Source: an uncultured Alphaproteobacteria bacterium (lineage in GTDB: Bacteria; Pseudomonadota; Alphaproteobacteria; Rhizobiales; Methyloligellaceae). Taken from it: 64,000 nt of DNA. Location: assembly GCA_963793075.1 (NCBI GenBank), contig CAWBYO010000005.1, positions 648,471 to 712,470 of the forward strand, written 5' to 3'. The first letter of the stretch is position 1, and every line of letters starts with the position of its first letter. This document shows, piece after piece, positions 1-12,533 of this stretch. The position numbers and the translations under genes were made by a program. The notes beneath the pieces are model-generated. The model worked only from the letters and a program-made list of their open reading frames with translations, ran no database searches and was not told the DNA's origin.

Positions 1-324
1 AGCTGGTGCCGCAGCCGCACGAGGCGGTGGCGTTCGGGTTCGTGATCTTGAAATGGGCGCCGATCAACTCATCCACGAAGTCGATCTCCGACGCCTTGCA
101 CGAAATCCGCCGACACCGGATCGATGGCGACCGTCGCGCCGTCCCGCTTGATGAGGATATCGTCGGGCGCGGTGTCGCTTCGCCAGCTCGAAATGATATT
201 GGAAGCCCGAGCAGCCGCCGCCTTCGACGCTGACCCGGAACAGGCTCGCGGCGGCGTCTTCGGACACGAGTTCGTTGATGCGCTTTGCGGCGCGCTCGCT
301 CAAGGTAATGGACGGTTCGCTCAT
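1..324 (-). CDS. erpA: Iron-sulfur cluster insertion protein, ErpA/IscA (HesB) family; frameshifted, 3' end beyond window
   Basis: MSEPSITLSERAAKRI...RVSVEGGGCSGFQY, with C-terminal ATASCGCGTS in another frame near position 1. Confidence 0.88.
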
Positions 325-368
325 GATGGGTATAGCTCCTAGGGATAAGATTAGGACGACCAAGGGAG

Positions 369-1610
369 TTGTCAATCAGCCAACGCCGCAACCCCGAGCG
401 GGATTTTGACGCACCGGAAGGCAGCGGCGGCTGCCCGACAGGCGGAGTTCTTGCGGCCTACGCCGTGGATGAAGCGCACGAGCCGCGGTCGGCTGATCCC
501 CGAGGCGCCGAGCCCGACCCGCTCGCCTTACGCCCGCGACCGCGACCGCATCCTCCATTCCACCGCCTTCCGCCGCCTCAACTACAAGACCCAGGTCTTC
601 GTCTATCACGAGGGCGATCACTTTCGCTCGCGGCTGACCCACAGCCTGGAGGTGGCGCAGATCGCCCGCGCGCTTGCCCGCACCCTGCGCGTCGACGAGG
701 ATCTGACCGAAGCCTTGGCGCTCGCCCACGATCTCGGCCATCCGCCCTTCGGTCATGCCGGCGAGCGCGCACTCGATGCCGCCACGGCGAATGCCGGCGG
801 CTTCGATCACAACGCCCAATCCTTGCGCGTCGTCACCGAGCTCGAGAAGAAATACGCGCGCTTCGACGGGCTCAATCTCACCTGGGAGACGCTCGAAGGG
901 TTGGTGAAGCATAACGGTCCCTTGTTGGCGGCAAGCGAGCCCGTGCCGGAGCCCATCCTGGCTTATTGCGCCAAGCAGGATCTCGAACTCGCGAGTTTCG
1001 CCTCGCTCGAGGCGCAAGCCGCCGCGCTCGCCGACGACATCGCCTACAACAATCACGACATGGATGACGGCTTCCGCGCCGACTGCTTCACCTTCGCCGA
1101 GCTCGCCGAAGTGCCTATCGCCGGCCGCCTGCTCGCCGAGGTCGATGCGGCCTATCCCGGCGTCGAGGGGCCGCGGCGTCTCTACGAGGTCAACCGGCGG
1201 CTCATCACCGCGATGGTCAATGACGCCATCGCCGAGACCCGCGCGCGGCTTGCGGCGCTTCCGCCGCGAAAGCGCCGACGATGTGCGCCAAGCGGGCCGC
1301 GCCGTCGTGGCATTCTCCGAAACCATGCAGGACGAGCTCAATGCGCTGCGCGGCTTTCTGTTCACGCGCGTCTACCGCCATGAGCGCGTCATGCGCATCA
1401 TGGGCGAGGCGGAAGACGTGATCGTGGAGCTCTTCGGCCGCTATGCGGCGGACCCGAGCGCGCTGCCGCCCGAATGGCGCGATCAGGCGCCCGCGCCTGG
1501 CACGCGCGAATACGCCCGCTCATGTCGCCGACTTCATCGCCGGGCAGACCGACCGCTACGCGCTCGCCGAGCATCGCCGCCTGTTTGACGCCACCCCGGA
1601 TTTGCGATAG
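369..1610 (+). CDS. dgt: Deoxyguanosinetriphosphate triphosphohydrolase (dGTPase, HD domain); frameshifted
   Basis: [52 protein letters not shown] motifs across ORFs 369/406/1064; start uncertain. Confidence 0.9.
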
Positions 1611-1622
1611 TCGCGCGCCAAA

Positions 1623-1668
1623 GCATGATCGCGGAAAAGTGGTCACCGGTTTTCCGATAAGATCATGC
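1623..1668. repeat. Short palindromic intergenic repeat
   Basis: GCATGATC-gCGGAAAAgtggtcaccggTTTTCCG-ataa-GATCATGC nested inverted repeat between dgt and argS. Confidence 0.7.
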
Positions 1669-1693
1669 GCGAGACAGTCTTCCCGGAGCTTCC

Positions 1694-3458
1694 ATGGACG
1701 TTTTCGTAGGGTTTCACGGTCACGTCTTGGCGGCCGTCCAGCAGCTCAAGCATGACGGCGTCGTGCCCGATGACGCGAGCGTCGAGGGCATCACGCTGAC
1801 CGCGCCCAAGGATCCGACCCACGGCGACCTCGCCACCAATGCGGCCATGGTGCTGGCCAAGCCCGCGCGGCATTCCGCCGCGCGCAGCTCGCCGAGCGCA
1901 TCGTGCCGATGCTCGCCTCCGATCCCGGCATCGACAAGGTCGAGATCGCCGGGCCCGGCTTCATCAACCTGACACTCGCCCGTGCATTCTGGCCAAGCGT
2001 GCTGCGCATGGTGTTGGAGCAGGGTGATGCGTATGGGCGGAGCGCCATCGGCAAGGGGCACGCCGTGAACGTCGAGTATGTGTCCGCCAATCCGACCGGC
2101 CCGATGCATGTGGGCCATTGCCGCGGCGCCGTGTTCGGCGACGCGCTGGCCAATCTGCTCGCCTTCGCCGGCTTCGACGTCACCCGCGAATATTACGTCA
2201 ACGACGCCGGCGCCCAGGTCGACGTGCTCGCCCGCTCGGCGTTCCTGCGCTACCGCGAGGCGCTTGGGCGAGGACATCGGCGACATCCCCGAAGGGCTTT
2301 ATCCCGGCGACTATCTGAAGCCGGTCGGCGAGAGCCTCGCGAGCAATCACGGCCGCGATCTTCTGGACATGCCCGAAGCGCGAATGGCTGCCGCTCGTGC
2401 GCGCCACCGCGCTCAAAGCCATGCTCGCCATGATCGAGGAGGATCTCGCGAGCCTCGGCATCCGCCACGACGTGTTCTTCTCGGAGCGCTCGCTGATCGA
2501 CGGCGGCCATGACGAGGTCGCCGCGACCATCGCCGATCTCGAGGCCAAGGGCCTGATCTACAAGGGAAGTCTGCCGCCGCCCAAGGGCAAGGTCGACGAG
2601 GAATGGGAGGACCGCGAGCAGCTGCTGTTCCGCGCCACCGCGTTCGGCGACGATCAGGACCGGCCGCTCATCAAGTCCGACGGGACATACACATATTTCG
2701 CTTCCGACATCGCCTATCACCGCGACAAGTTCAGACGCGGGTTTAAGTCCATGATCGATGTGTGGGGCGCCGACCATGCCGGCCACATCAAGCGCATGCG
2801 CGCGGCGCTCAAGGCGCTCACCGACAACGAGGCCGATCTCGACGTTAAGATATGTCAGCTCGTTCGCTTGTTTCGCGCTGGTGAGCCTGTCAAAATGTCC
2901 AAGCGTGCCGGGACGTTCGTGACGCTCCGGGACGTGGTGGACGAGGTGGGCGCAGGCCCGGTTCGGTTCATGATGCTCTACCGGAAGAACGACGCGCCGC
3001 TCGATTTCGACTTCGCCAAGGTCACCGAGCAGTCGCGGGACAATCCGGTGTTCTATGTCCAGTACGCCCATGCCCGGGCGAGTTCGGTTCTGCGTAACGT
3101 GCGTGAGATGTTTGCGGATCTCGACGTCGGGGGGAGTGATTTGGCGCGGGCTGACCTGGACCGGTTGAATGACGATGCGGAGATCGCGTTGATCCGCCGC
3201 ATCGCGCAATTCCCCCGTATTGTCGAGGCTGCCGCGCAAGCACATGAGCCGCATCGCCTCGGATTCTATCTTTACGATCTTGCCGGAGACTTTCACGGTC
3301 TTTGGAACAGAGGCAAAGACTTGCCACAATTACGTTTTATTTACGAAAATGACCGAGAGTTAACCCGTGCTCGCATAGCGTTAGTGACCGCCACTCAGCG
3401 GGTCTTGGCATTGGGTTTGGGGATCCTCGGGGTTCAAGCCGTGCATGAGTTGCATTAG
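1694..3458 (+). CDS. argS: Arginine--tRNA ligase; frameshifted
   Basis: [33 protein letters not shown] (HIGH-like), [15 protein letters not shown] across ORFs 1694/1903/2078/2397. Confidence 0.96.
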
Positions 3459-3492
3459 CCGGCCAGGACAGGGTGGTTCGAGGGAAGTAACC

Positions 3493-5541
3493 ATGTCCAC
3501 GCGTAATAGCGGGCTCGGCGGGCAAGCCGGTCGATCCCCTGAGTTTGAATCAGAGTTTGCCGAGAGGCAGAACCCGTTGAATGCTCCGGGTAGCCAGTCC
3601 TGGGGTGCGAATGCGGCAACCACCCAGAAGAGTGAGGTACCCTACATGGTTCAAGGAGCGGGTCGGCCCGGGCAACCAATTATCGGACAGCGCTCGATTT
3701 TCGGAAACAGCGGTCCGGCTTTCACGCAGATGCCGACCTACACGCCGGTGACGCGCGCGCCTGAGCCTCGCAGCCAGCGCCCGAGCCCGCTATCGCGCCA
3801 TACCCCGCCAACCAGCCGGCCGCCGCGCCCCAGCAGCCCGCGCCCGCAAGCCGCGCCTCAGAGCCATCAGCCTCAGCCCCAGCAGAACCCGTCAGCCGCC
3901 AGCAGCGCAGCCGGCCTCAGCAGGCGCCCGCTTATCAGCCGCAGCAGCCGCAATATCAGCCGCAGGCCTATGGCGGCCATCAGCCCTACCAGCCGCAGGC
4001 TTATCCGTCCGAGCCGGCGCCCGCGCCAGAGCTATCCTCAAACGGGCTACGGCAACGGCCAGCCGTGGCGCGCCGAGCCAGGAGTTGCCGGATCTGAGCG
4101 ACGCCGATCCGAGCTTCCCGGACTCCATTTTCGGTGATTTCAGCAATGCCGGCGCGAACTATGCCGAGCATGACGAGCGCCGATCACAGGATGGTGGCGA
4201 CGCGAGCTTCCCCGAGCCCGGGAGGACGCGGCCTTCCCGGAGCCGCATTATCAGTCGCCCGATTTCGGTTATGACGAGGCGCCGAGCCACGCCGCCGGCG
4301 AGGCCCGTTTCGAGCCCGCGGGCGAGGAACGCCTGACTTCCGCATGGCCGCGCCGGACCCAGGATAGGCGCCAGGCGCGCAGCAGTCTTATCAGCCCCAA
4401 GCCAGCGGCCGCAAGCCACGCAGCCGCATGCCCCGCAGCCGCAAGCCCAGCACGGCGATCCGCGCCGTCAGCTCCAGGCGTTCGACGCGGTTTACGATCA
4501 GCCGCCGCAGATTGCCCTTGGCGGCGTCGCAAGCGCCCGAGCCCGGCGCCGGCGCCCGAGGCGTATTACGAGACCGATCGGTCCGACGCGGATTTCCTCG
4601 ACGAGAGCCAGGTCCTCGCGCCGCCGGCCGCGCGCTCGAAGTTCGGCGGACTCAAGGGCCGCAGCGCCTTCATGGTCGGCAGCGCTTTGCTCGGCGCCAT
4701 CGCCTTGGGTGGCGCCATGGCTTACGCCTATAAGCAGAGCGGCGGCGGCATGGGCAGCGAGCAGCCGCCCATCGTCCAGGCCGACGCGCGCCCGGTGAAA
4801 GCCGCTCCGGACGACCCGGGCGGCAAGGAATTTCCGAACAAAAACAAGCTCATATACGACCGGTTGACGAATGGGGATGTGGCCGAAGGCGAGCGCCTCG
4901 TGCCGCGCCAGGAGGATGTCGCGGTGCCGGCTATGCCGCCGGCGACGGAGACGGCCGGTCTGCCGGCCCCCGTCGCGACCACCGATCTCGGCAATCCGGC
5001 GACCACCGAAGGCGTCGACACCGCCGAAGACGGCGGTCCGCGCAAGGTGAAGACGCTCGTCGTACGTCCTGACGGTTCGGTCGAGGCGCCGCCGCCGACC
5101 GAGGTCGCCGAGGCCGCAGGCGCAGCCGTTGAAGACGCCGCGGCGCTGTCGATACCGCGCCGCCGCACCAGGGGCCGTGATGCCGGTGCCTGCGCCGCAA
5201 GTGCCTGCTGCCCCAGGCCGCGGCACCTGCGCCTGTGCCGCCCGCGCCGCAGCAGGTGGCCGCCGCCGATCCGAAGCCCGCGCCGGCCGGCGCCGACCAA
5301 ATATGTCGTCCAGGTTGGGGCGCATAAGAGCCAGACCGACGCGCTGGCGAATTACGCCGATATCCAGCAGAAGAATTCGAGCCTGCTCGGCAACTATCCG
5401 CCCATGGTGCAGAAGGTCGCTGTCAGCGGCGGCACCATGTATCGCTTGCGCGTTGGCCCGATCGCCAGCAGAGCGGAAGCCTACAAGCTCTGCGGCGACC
5501 TGAAGGCGTCCGGCACCGACTGTTTCGTCGCGACGCAGTAA
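3493..5541 (+). CDS. SPOR-domain cell-division protein with long P/Q/A-rich N-terminus and one TM helix; frameshifted
   Basis: TM segment VGSALLGAIALGGAMAYAY; NKLIYDRL and PRKVKTLVVRPDG motifs; C-terminal YVVQVGA...YRLRVGP..C..LK..G.DCFV; argS-SPOR-nagZ synteny. Confidence 0.85.
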
Positions 5542-5593
5542 GCCGATCACGGGATGCTTGACCGCAAGGCCGCGTCAGGGCTAGCCCGGCGAG

Positions 5594-6647
5594 GTGGATC
5601 TCAAAGCCTTCATCACCGGTTGCGCCGGCACCGTGCTGACGGACGCCGAGCGCGATTTCTTCGCCGCCGAGCGCCCGTGCGGCCTCATCCTGTTCGCCCG
5701 CAATGTCGAGAGCCCGGAGCAGATCCGCGCGCTGATCGCCTCCTTCAAGGAGGCGGTCGGCAGCGACGAGCTCCTGATCCTCATCGATCAGGAAGGCGGC
5801 CGGGTGCAGCGGCTTCGTCCGCCCCATTGGCGGGCCATGCCGCCCCAGCGCTGCTATGGCGACCTCTACGCGGCCGATCCCGAGGCGGCGAAGCGCGCGG
5901 CCTTTGCGGGCGCGAGGCTGATGGCCGCCGAGCTGCATGATTTGGATATCAACGTGAATTGCACGCCGTGCATCGACGTGCCGCAAGAGGGCGCCCACGA
6001 CATTATCGGCGACCGGGCCTTCTCGACCGACCCCGACGTGGTCTCCGTGCTCGGCCGCGCGGTGATGGACGGCACGCTTGGCCGGGGGTGTGCTGCCGGT
6101 GATCAAGCATGTGCCGGGCCATGGCCGGGCCCATGCCGACAGCCACAAGGCGCTGCCCCGGATCGAGGCCTCCAGGGAGGAGCTGGAGGCGGTCGATTTC
6201 CGCCCGTTTCAGGCCCTTGCATGACGCGCCGCTGGCCATGACCGCCCATGTTTTGCTCACCCAATTCGATGAGCGGCGCCCGGCGACCGTCTCGCCCGTT
6301 ATAATGGACCAAGTGATTCGTGAAGCGGATGGGGCTGACCGGCTTGGTGATGAGCGACGATATCGGCATGAAGGCCCTCGAGGGCCCGTTCGCGGCGCGC
6401 ACGCGCGCCGTGTTCGAGGCGGGCTGCGATGTGGTGCTTCATTGCAGCGGCGCGCTCGGCGAAATGGTCGACGTGGCCGGCGCCGTGCCGCATGCTTGAA
6501 GGCGAAGCCGCGGCGCGCTTCGCCGCGGCACGCGACTGCCTGCACGCGCCGCGAGCCTTCGATCAGGCGGAGGCTATGGCCTTGGTGAGCGAGGCCGCCG
6601 GAACCCGCGTGGCGAGCCTCGGCCCCGACCCGACGGTCCAGGCATGA
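5594..6647 (+). CDS. nagZ: Beta-N-acetylhexosaminidase (GH3); frameshifted
   Basis: GLILFARN, IDQEGGRVQRL, KHVPGHG (frame-shifted), MTAHV, SDDIGMKAL. Confidence 0.92.
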
Positions 6648-7544
6648 GTGACGGCGAGACCCCGATGAGCAGAACGACATCGCAAGACGCCCCGCAGGAC
6701 GATCCGCAGTCAGCCGAACAGGTCGCGCAAGAGCCGGATGGCGCCGCGCGCGCCGGCGGCGCTGTCGGACTGGGACAGCAGCGACGAGCGCCTCGAGATC
6801 GGGCCGGGCGACCGGCTCATTGTCGATGTCGAAGGCTTCGAGGGACCGCTCGATCTTCTGCTCGCGCTCGCCCGCACCCAGAAGGTCGACCTCGCCAAGA
6901 TTTCCGTGCTGGCGCTCGCCCAGCAATATCTCGATTTCATCTCCCAGGCGCGGGCGTTGCGTCTCGAGATCGCCGCCGACTATCTCGTCATGGCCGCGTG
7001 GCTCGCCTTCCTCAAGTCGAAGCTTCTGCTGCCGGCCGAACCGTCCGAAGAGGGCGAGCCTTCGGGTGAGGAGCTCGCCGCGCTGCTTGCCTTCCGGCTG
7101 AAGCGCCTGGACGCCATGCGCGATGCGGCGGCGCAGCTGATGACGCGCAAGCGGCTCGGCCGCGACGTGTTTCCGCGCGGTTTGCCCGAGCCCATCCGCA
7201 TCACGCGGAACAGCAGTTACGAAGCCAATGTCTACGACCTGCTCAAGGCCTATTCCCAGCAGCGCCAGCGCAACGTGTCGCGCACGCTGCATATGGAGAA
7301 GCGCACCGTGTGGTCGCTGAAGGAGGCGCGCGACGAGCTGGAGCGCCTGCTCGGCGTCGCCTGCGACTGGGCGCCGCTGGATCAGCTCATCGCCGAATTC
7401 CTCGTCGAGCCGGAGCTCAGGAAGACGGCGCTGGCGTCGAGCTTTACCGCGACCCTGGAGATGACCCGCGAGGGCGCGCTTGAAATTCGTCAGTCGAAGT
7501 CGTTTGCGCCGCTGCTGGTCCGCCGTCGCGGACAGGCCGCGTGA
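6644..7544 (+). CDS. scpA: Segregation and condensation protein A
   Basis: FEGPLDLLLALAR, AADYLVMAAWLAFLKSKLLLP; start uncertain. Confidence 0.93.
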
Positions 7545-7627
7545 GTTGCGTGGACGTGAATGCGCGATGGAGCCGGCGCGGGGCCGGGCTCGAGCGTACC
7601 GAACGCCACAGCGCTGAGGGGCACATC

Positions 7628-7889
7628 ATGCCGAGACCCAAAATTTCGCCATCGAAACTTGATCGGGATATGCCGGAGGAGACGGAACGGCCCGAGCGCC
7701 CGGCGAAAGCCAAAGCCGGCCTTGACCGCGCTGCTCTCGGATCTATCGAAGCTGTCGGAGGAGGGCGGCGAGGCGAAAGGCGGATCGACGCTGCTCAAGC
7801 TCGATCGGGCCATGCGGGCGGCGGCGGCCGAGCATACAAAGACAAGAACTTCCAAGGCGGGGTCGGAAATGACAGGTAAATCAAGTTGA
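7628..7889 (+). CDS. Small hypothetical protein between scpA and scpB (probable frameshift)
   Basis: GAGGGG RBS then ATG at 7628 (MPRPKISPSKLDRDM...), continuing in ORF 7560-7889; no recognisable domain. Confidence 0.4.
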
Positions 7890-7902
7890 GAGGGTCGTGG
7901 AA

Positions 7903-8649
7903 ATGGCGGCAGACGAGGACAAGCAAGGCGCGCCGGCGCCGATGCTGCCGCTGCCGTCTAATGTGATGGCGCTGCCCTCGGCGGACCGGCGCGAGAAACT
8001 GCGCATTGTCGAGGCCCTGCTGTTCGCCGCGACCGAGCCCCTGGACGAGGCTGAGCTGGCGCGCCATTTCGGCCAGGGCGAGGACGTGAAGGCGCTGCTC
8101 GAGGAGCTGCAAGGCCTCTATGGCGGCCGTGGCGTCAATCTCGTGCGCGTCGCCGGCAAATGGGCGTTCCGCACCGCCGACGATCTGTCCTTCCTGCTTG
8201 AGCGCCAGGCCGTGGAGCAGCGCCGCCTGTCGCGCGCCGCCCTCGAGACGCTGGCCATCATCGCCTATCACCAGCCCGTCACCCGCGCCGAGATCGAGGA
8301 GATCCGGGGCGTGTCGACGTCCAAGGGCACGATCGACGTGCTGCTCGAGACCGGCTGGATCAAGCTCAGGGGCCGCCGCCGCGCGCCGGGCCGCCCGGTG
8401 ACCTACGGCACCACGACGGCCTTCCTGGAGCATTTCGGCTTCGAGATGATCCAGGACCTGCCCGGCCTGTCGGAGCTCAAAGGCGCCGGTCTGCTGGATT
8501 CCAACCTGCCGCCCGGCTTCTCCATGCCGAACCCGGACGATGCGCCCGATCTGCGCGAGGACGAGGAGCCGCTCGAGGACGAGCCCTTGGGCGCCGGCGA
8601 GGACGAGGACGACGCGCTCGGAGGCAGACGGAAGAGCCCGAGGCGCTAG
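7903..8649 (+). CDS. scpB: SMC-Scp complex subunit ScpB
   Basis: VEALLFA, LSRAALETLAIIAYHQPVTRAEIEEIRGV, GRPVTYGTT. Confidence 0.95.
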   Translation: MAADEDKQGAPAPMLPLPSNVMALPSADRREKLRIVEALLFAATEPLDEAELARHFGQGEDVKALLEELQGLYGGRGVNLVRVAGKWAFRTADDLSFLLERQAVEQRRLSRAALETLAIIAYHQPVTRAEIEEIRGVSTSKGTIDVLLETGWIKLRGRRRAPGRPVTYGTTTAFLEHFGFEMIQDLPGLSELKGAGLLDSNLPPGFSMPNPDDAPDLREDEEPLEDEPLGAGEDEDDALGGRRKSPRR

Positions 8650-8716
8650 GCTGCTCAGAGGCCTCGCGACGCCACGGAAGTTGCACGAAGGCCCGGCAGT
8701 CGCGTAGACCAGCGCC

Positions 8717-9921
8717 ATGCTCGACTTCCTGAAGGCGCGGACCAGCGCCGCCCGTAAGGCGGCCACGGCGACAACGGCCGACAAGACGGGTGCCGGCAAA
8801 ACCGGCCGGCGCAAAGGTCGGCCGCGGCAAGGCGGCGGTCACCTTCGCCACGCGGCTCAGCTTCGAGGCGGTGTCGCGCCGCTATGGCGATACCCTCGCC
8901 CTCGACGACGTCACCTTGGATGTGCCGCCCGGCAAGGTCTTGTGCCTGCTCGGCCCCTCGGGCTGCGGCAAGACCACGCTGCTCAGGATCGCCGCCGGCG
9001 TCGAGCGGCCGAGCGCCGGCCGCGTGCTCATCGACAACCAGGAGGTCGCCGGTCCCAATCGCTTCGTGCCGCCGGAGAAGCGCGGCGTGGGGCTCATGTT
9101 CCAGGACTTCGCGCTGTTTCCCCATCTGTCGATCCTCGACAACGTGGCCTTCGGCTTGCGCTCGCTGACCAAGGCGCAAGCCCGGGCCGAAGCGCACGCG
9201 GCGCTGGAGCGTGTCGGCCTCGGCCAATATGCCGGCGACTATCCCCATATTCTGTCGGGCGGCGAGCAGCAGCGCGTGGCGCTCGCCCGCGCCATCGCGC
9301 CCGCGGCCGGGCGTGCTGCTGATGGACGAGCCGTTCTCCGGCCTCGATCCGCGGCTCCGGGAGACCATGCGCGAGGACACGCTGGCCATCCTGCACGAGA
9401 CCCGCGCCACCTGCATCGTCGTCACCCATGACGCCGAGGAGGCCATGCGCATGGGCGATCAAGTGGCGCTGCTGCGCAAGGGCCGCGTGGTGCAGACGGG
9501 AACCGCGCCGGACCTCTATCGCGCGCCGAAGGACATTTTCGCCGCGCGCACCTTCTCCGATCTGAACGAGGTCGTCGTCGCGGATCGAAGGCGGCCGCGC
9601 CGCGACCCCGCTCGGCACATTCGACGCGGCCGGCCTCGCCGACGGCACCGAGGCCATCGTCTGCATGCGCCAAGGCGGCATGCGGCTGTTGACGGCAAGG
9701 GGAGGGCGTGCCGGGCCGCGTCCTCGACACGCGCTTTCTCGGCGATGTGGGCCTGGTCGAGGTCGCCGTGCAAGGCTTCGATGCGCCGATCTTCGCCCGG
9801 GTGCGGGAGGCCGACGTGCCGGCGCCGGGAACCGAGGTCGGCGTCGGCGTCGATCCCGGCGCGGTCCTGGTCTTTCGCGGCCGACGACCCGGCGCGACCT
9901 AGCCAGCGTCTGAGTCCATGA
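8717..9921 (+). CDS. ABC transporter ATP-binding protein (FbpC/PotA-like, C-terminal TOBE); frameshifted
   Basis: Walker [49 protein letters not shown]. Confidence 0.9.
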
Positions 9922-10027
9922 TCTGAGGGCCGGGGGCACCGCTTGCGAGGGTTGCGCCTTTGCTGCCATAGTGCCGCCGAACAATGACATGCGTCAGGGC
10001 GATGGGCCCTCGCGTTGGAGGCTATCC

Positions 10028-10283
10028 ATGGCACCGAGCTGGTGGCAAATTCTGATCGTGCTGGTTTTGTTCGTGCTTCTGTTCGGGCGCGGCAAGATTT
10101 CCGACCTGATGGGCGACGTCGCCAAAGGCATCAAGAGCTTCAAGACCGGCATGGCCGATGACGGCCCGGGCGAGCCGGAGCCCGAGCCCGAGCCTAAGGT
10201 GATCGAGCACGAGCGCCCGGCGCCGCAGGCCCGCAAAGTCGCCGACCCGCGCCAAGGCGCCGCGCAAGCAGAAATCGGGCTAG
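10028..10283 (+). CDS. tatA: Twin-arginine translocase TatA/TatE subunit
   Basis: [34 protein letters not shown]; 3' end frameshifted. Confidence 0.93.
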
Positions 10284-10355
10284 GCGCGGGCCGCTCGGCT
10301 CGTTACCCCGGCCAATTGCGCGGGGTCCTTGTGCTGGAACGCCTGAACCAAGCTC

Positions 10356-10979
10356 ATGCTCGACATCGGATGGTCGGAACTTTTGGTGGTCGCCGTGGTG
10401 GCGATCGTCGTGGTGGGTCCGAAGGACCTGCCCAAGCTGATGCGCAGCTTCGGCTTCTATGCCGGCAAGCTCCGGCGCACGGCGTCCGACTTCCAGCGCC
10501 AATTCGACGAGGCCATGGCCGAGAGCGAGGCCGACGAGGTCCGCAAGAATATCGAGGTCGATCCGCTCGGGCATGGGCGGGTCGATCGACCTGCAGGCGC
10601 CCATCGACCAGCCGGTGATGATGCCGACGCCCGCGCCGGCGGCGATCGAGGAGGCCATCGAGCCGCTGACCGAAGCCCAGAAGCCAAAGACCCCGGCCAA
10701 GCCGGCGACGGCCAAACCGCCGGCGGGCCCAAGCGCGCAAGCCGAAAGCCAAGAACGCCGCAGCAACGCGAAGACGCGCCGCCGCGGCAAAGGCCAAGAC
10801 CGCGCGCCAAGGCCAAGCCAACGACGGCAACGCGCAAAGACCGCAGCCAAGCCCGGCCAAGACCGCGTCGAAGACCGCAGCCAAGACCGCAACTAAGACC
10901 GCGGCCAAATCCAAGGCCGACGCACCGAAGGCAAGCCGCCGCGAAGCGCCGCGCAGCCAAAGCGGGGCCGAAGCCGTGA
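10356..10979 (+). CDS. tatB: Twin-arginine translocase TatB; frameshifted
   Basis: [26 protein letters not shown]; K/A/P/T-rich tail. Confidence 0.93.
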   Translation: MLDIGWSELLVVAVVAIVVVGPKDLPKLMRSFGFYAGKLRRTASDFQRQFDEAMAESEADEVRKNIEVDPLGHGRVDRPAGAHRPAGDDADARAGGDRGGHRAADRSPEAKDPGQAGDGQTAGGPKRASRKPRTPQQREDAPPRQRPRPRAKAKPTTATRKDRSQARPRPRRRPQPRPQLRPRPNPRPTHRRQAAAKRRAAKAGPKP

Positions 10980-11787
10980 GCGACGAGGACGATATCGACG
11001 CGACCAAGGCGCCGCTCATGGAGCATCTGATCGAGCTCCGGCGCCGGCTGATGTGGGCGCTGGCCGCGATCTTCGTCGCCTTCCTGGTCTGCTTCTGGTT
11101 CGCCAAGCCGATCTACAATCTGCTGCTCTGGCCCTATCGCTTGGCCGCCGGCGTCGATGTGCCCATCGAGCTGATCTACACCGCCCCGCAGGAATTCTTC
11201 TTCACCCAGGTGAAGCTTGCGCTGTTCGGCGCCATCTTCATCGCCTTCCCGGTGATCGCCACGCAGCTCTATATGTTCGTGGCGCCGGGGCTTTACCGGG
11301 CCGAGCGAAAGGCCTTCCTGCCGTTCCTCGTCGCCACGCCGATCCTGTTCTTGCTGGGCGCCGCGCTCGTCTATTTCGTCGCCATGCCGCTCGCCATGAA
11401 GTTCTTCCTGTCGATGCAGGAGACCGGCGACAGCGGCGTGCAGATTCTGCTCACCGCCAAGGTGAGCGAATATCTCTCGCTGATCATGACGCTGATGCTC
11501 GGCTTCGGCATCTGCTTCCAATTGCCGGTGCTGCTGACGCTGCTGGCGCGCGCCGGGCTCGTCACCGCGGCTGGGCTCAAGCGCTACCGCCGCCACGCGA
11601 TCGTCGGCGTGTTCCTCGCCGCCGCCATCCTCACCCCGCCGGACCCGATCAGCCAGATCGCGCTGGCGTTGCCGACGCTGCTCCTCTACGAGCTTTCGAT
11701 CTTCGCGGTGAAGTCTTGACCGAGAAGAAGCGCGCCAAAGCCGGCTCAGCCACCAAGGCCGGTTCAGCCGCCGGCGAGGCCGAATAA
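10976..11787 (+). CDS. tatC: Twin-arginine translocase TatC
   Basis: APLMEHLIELRRRL, FVAPGLY, FGICFQLP, AAILTPPDPISQ; last codons frameshifted. Confidence 0.95.
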
Positions 11788-11884
11788 GCCCGCCGAAACC
11801 TTGCCCCGGGGTGACGCGTTACCTCTCCAGCGCTTCCTGAATTTTCCACGACACATCCAGGATCCAACCCGGGGAGGGAAATCC

Positions 11885-12386
11885 ATGAGCTATGCCCGCT
11901 TTGTCGCCATGGTCGTCACGGCGACGATCATCATGTTCGGCCTGATGTATCTCAACACCTACGCGCTCGATCACGTGTGGTTCAGTCAGACCCGCGCCTG
12001 GATGGCGGTGGTGATGGGGGCGGTGATGGCCGTCGTCATGCTCGCCTTCATGCTCAACATGTATAAGAGCAGCCGGGCCAATCTCGCGATTCTCGGCGGT
12101 CAGCATTGTCCTGTTTGCCGGCGCGCTGTTCCTCGTCCGCAGCCAGGAGACGGTGTCGGACGTGTCGTATATGAAGGCGATGATCCCGCATCACTCCATT
12201 GCCATCATGACGAGCGAGCGCGCGCATATCCGCGATCCACGCGTGCGCAAGCTGGCCGACGGCATCATCGAGGCGCAAGTGCGCGAGATCGCCGAGATGG
12301 AGAAGCTCATCGCCGATCTCGAGGCCAACCCTGTGCCCGGCGACGCGCCCGACCTTGCGCCTGTGCGGCCAACTGAGGGCACATGA
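11885..12386 (+). CDS. DUF305 domain membrane protein; frameshifted
   Basis: MSYARFVAM..MYLNTY, YMKAMIPHHSIAIMTSERA, IIEAQVREIAEM. Confidence 0.85.
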
Positions 12387-12416
12387 GGAACGAAGGCCAC
12401 ACGCTCCGCCGTTGAT

Positions 12417-12516
12417 CCTCATGGTGAGGGCGGGCGAAGCCCGCGTCTCGACCCGAGTGCGAAAGGCCGATCAGGCGCGAGCCATAAGCTGGACCCCGGC
12501 TTTCGCCGGGGTGACG
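12417..12516. repeat. Two REP-like palindromes (half element plus GTGACG-ended element)
   Basis: CCTCATGGTGAGG-GCGGGCGAAGCCCGC-GTCTCGA (12417-12453) and CTGGACCCCGGCTTTCGCCGGGGTGACG (12489-12516). Confidence 0.75.
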
Positions 12517-12533
12517 CAGAACCAGGGGTGAAA

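Noticed and set aside
3300-3720. AT-richer stretch over the argS 3' end and SPOR 5' end as foreign DNA
   Set aside because: The ArgS C-terminal protein sequence is ordinary; more simply an embedded promoter region for the downstream gene.
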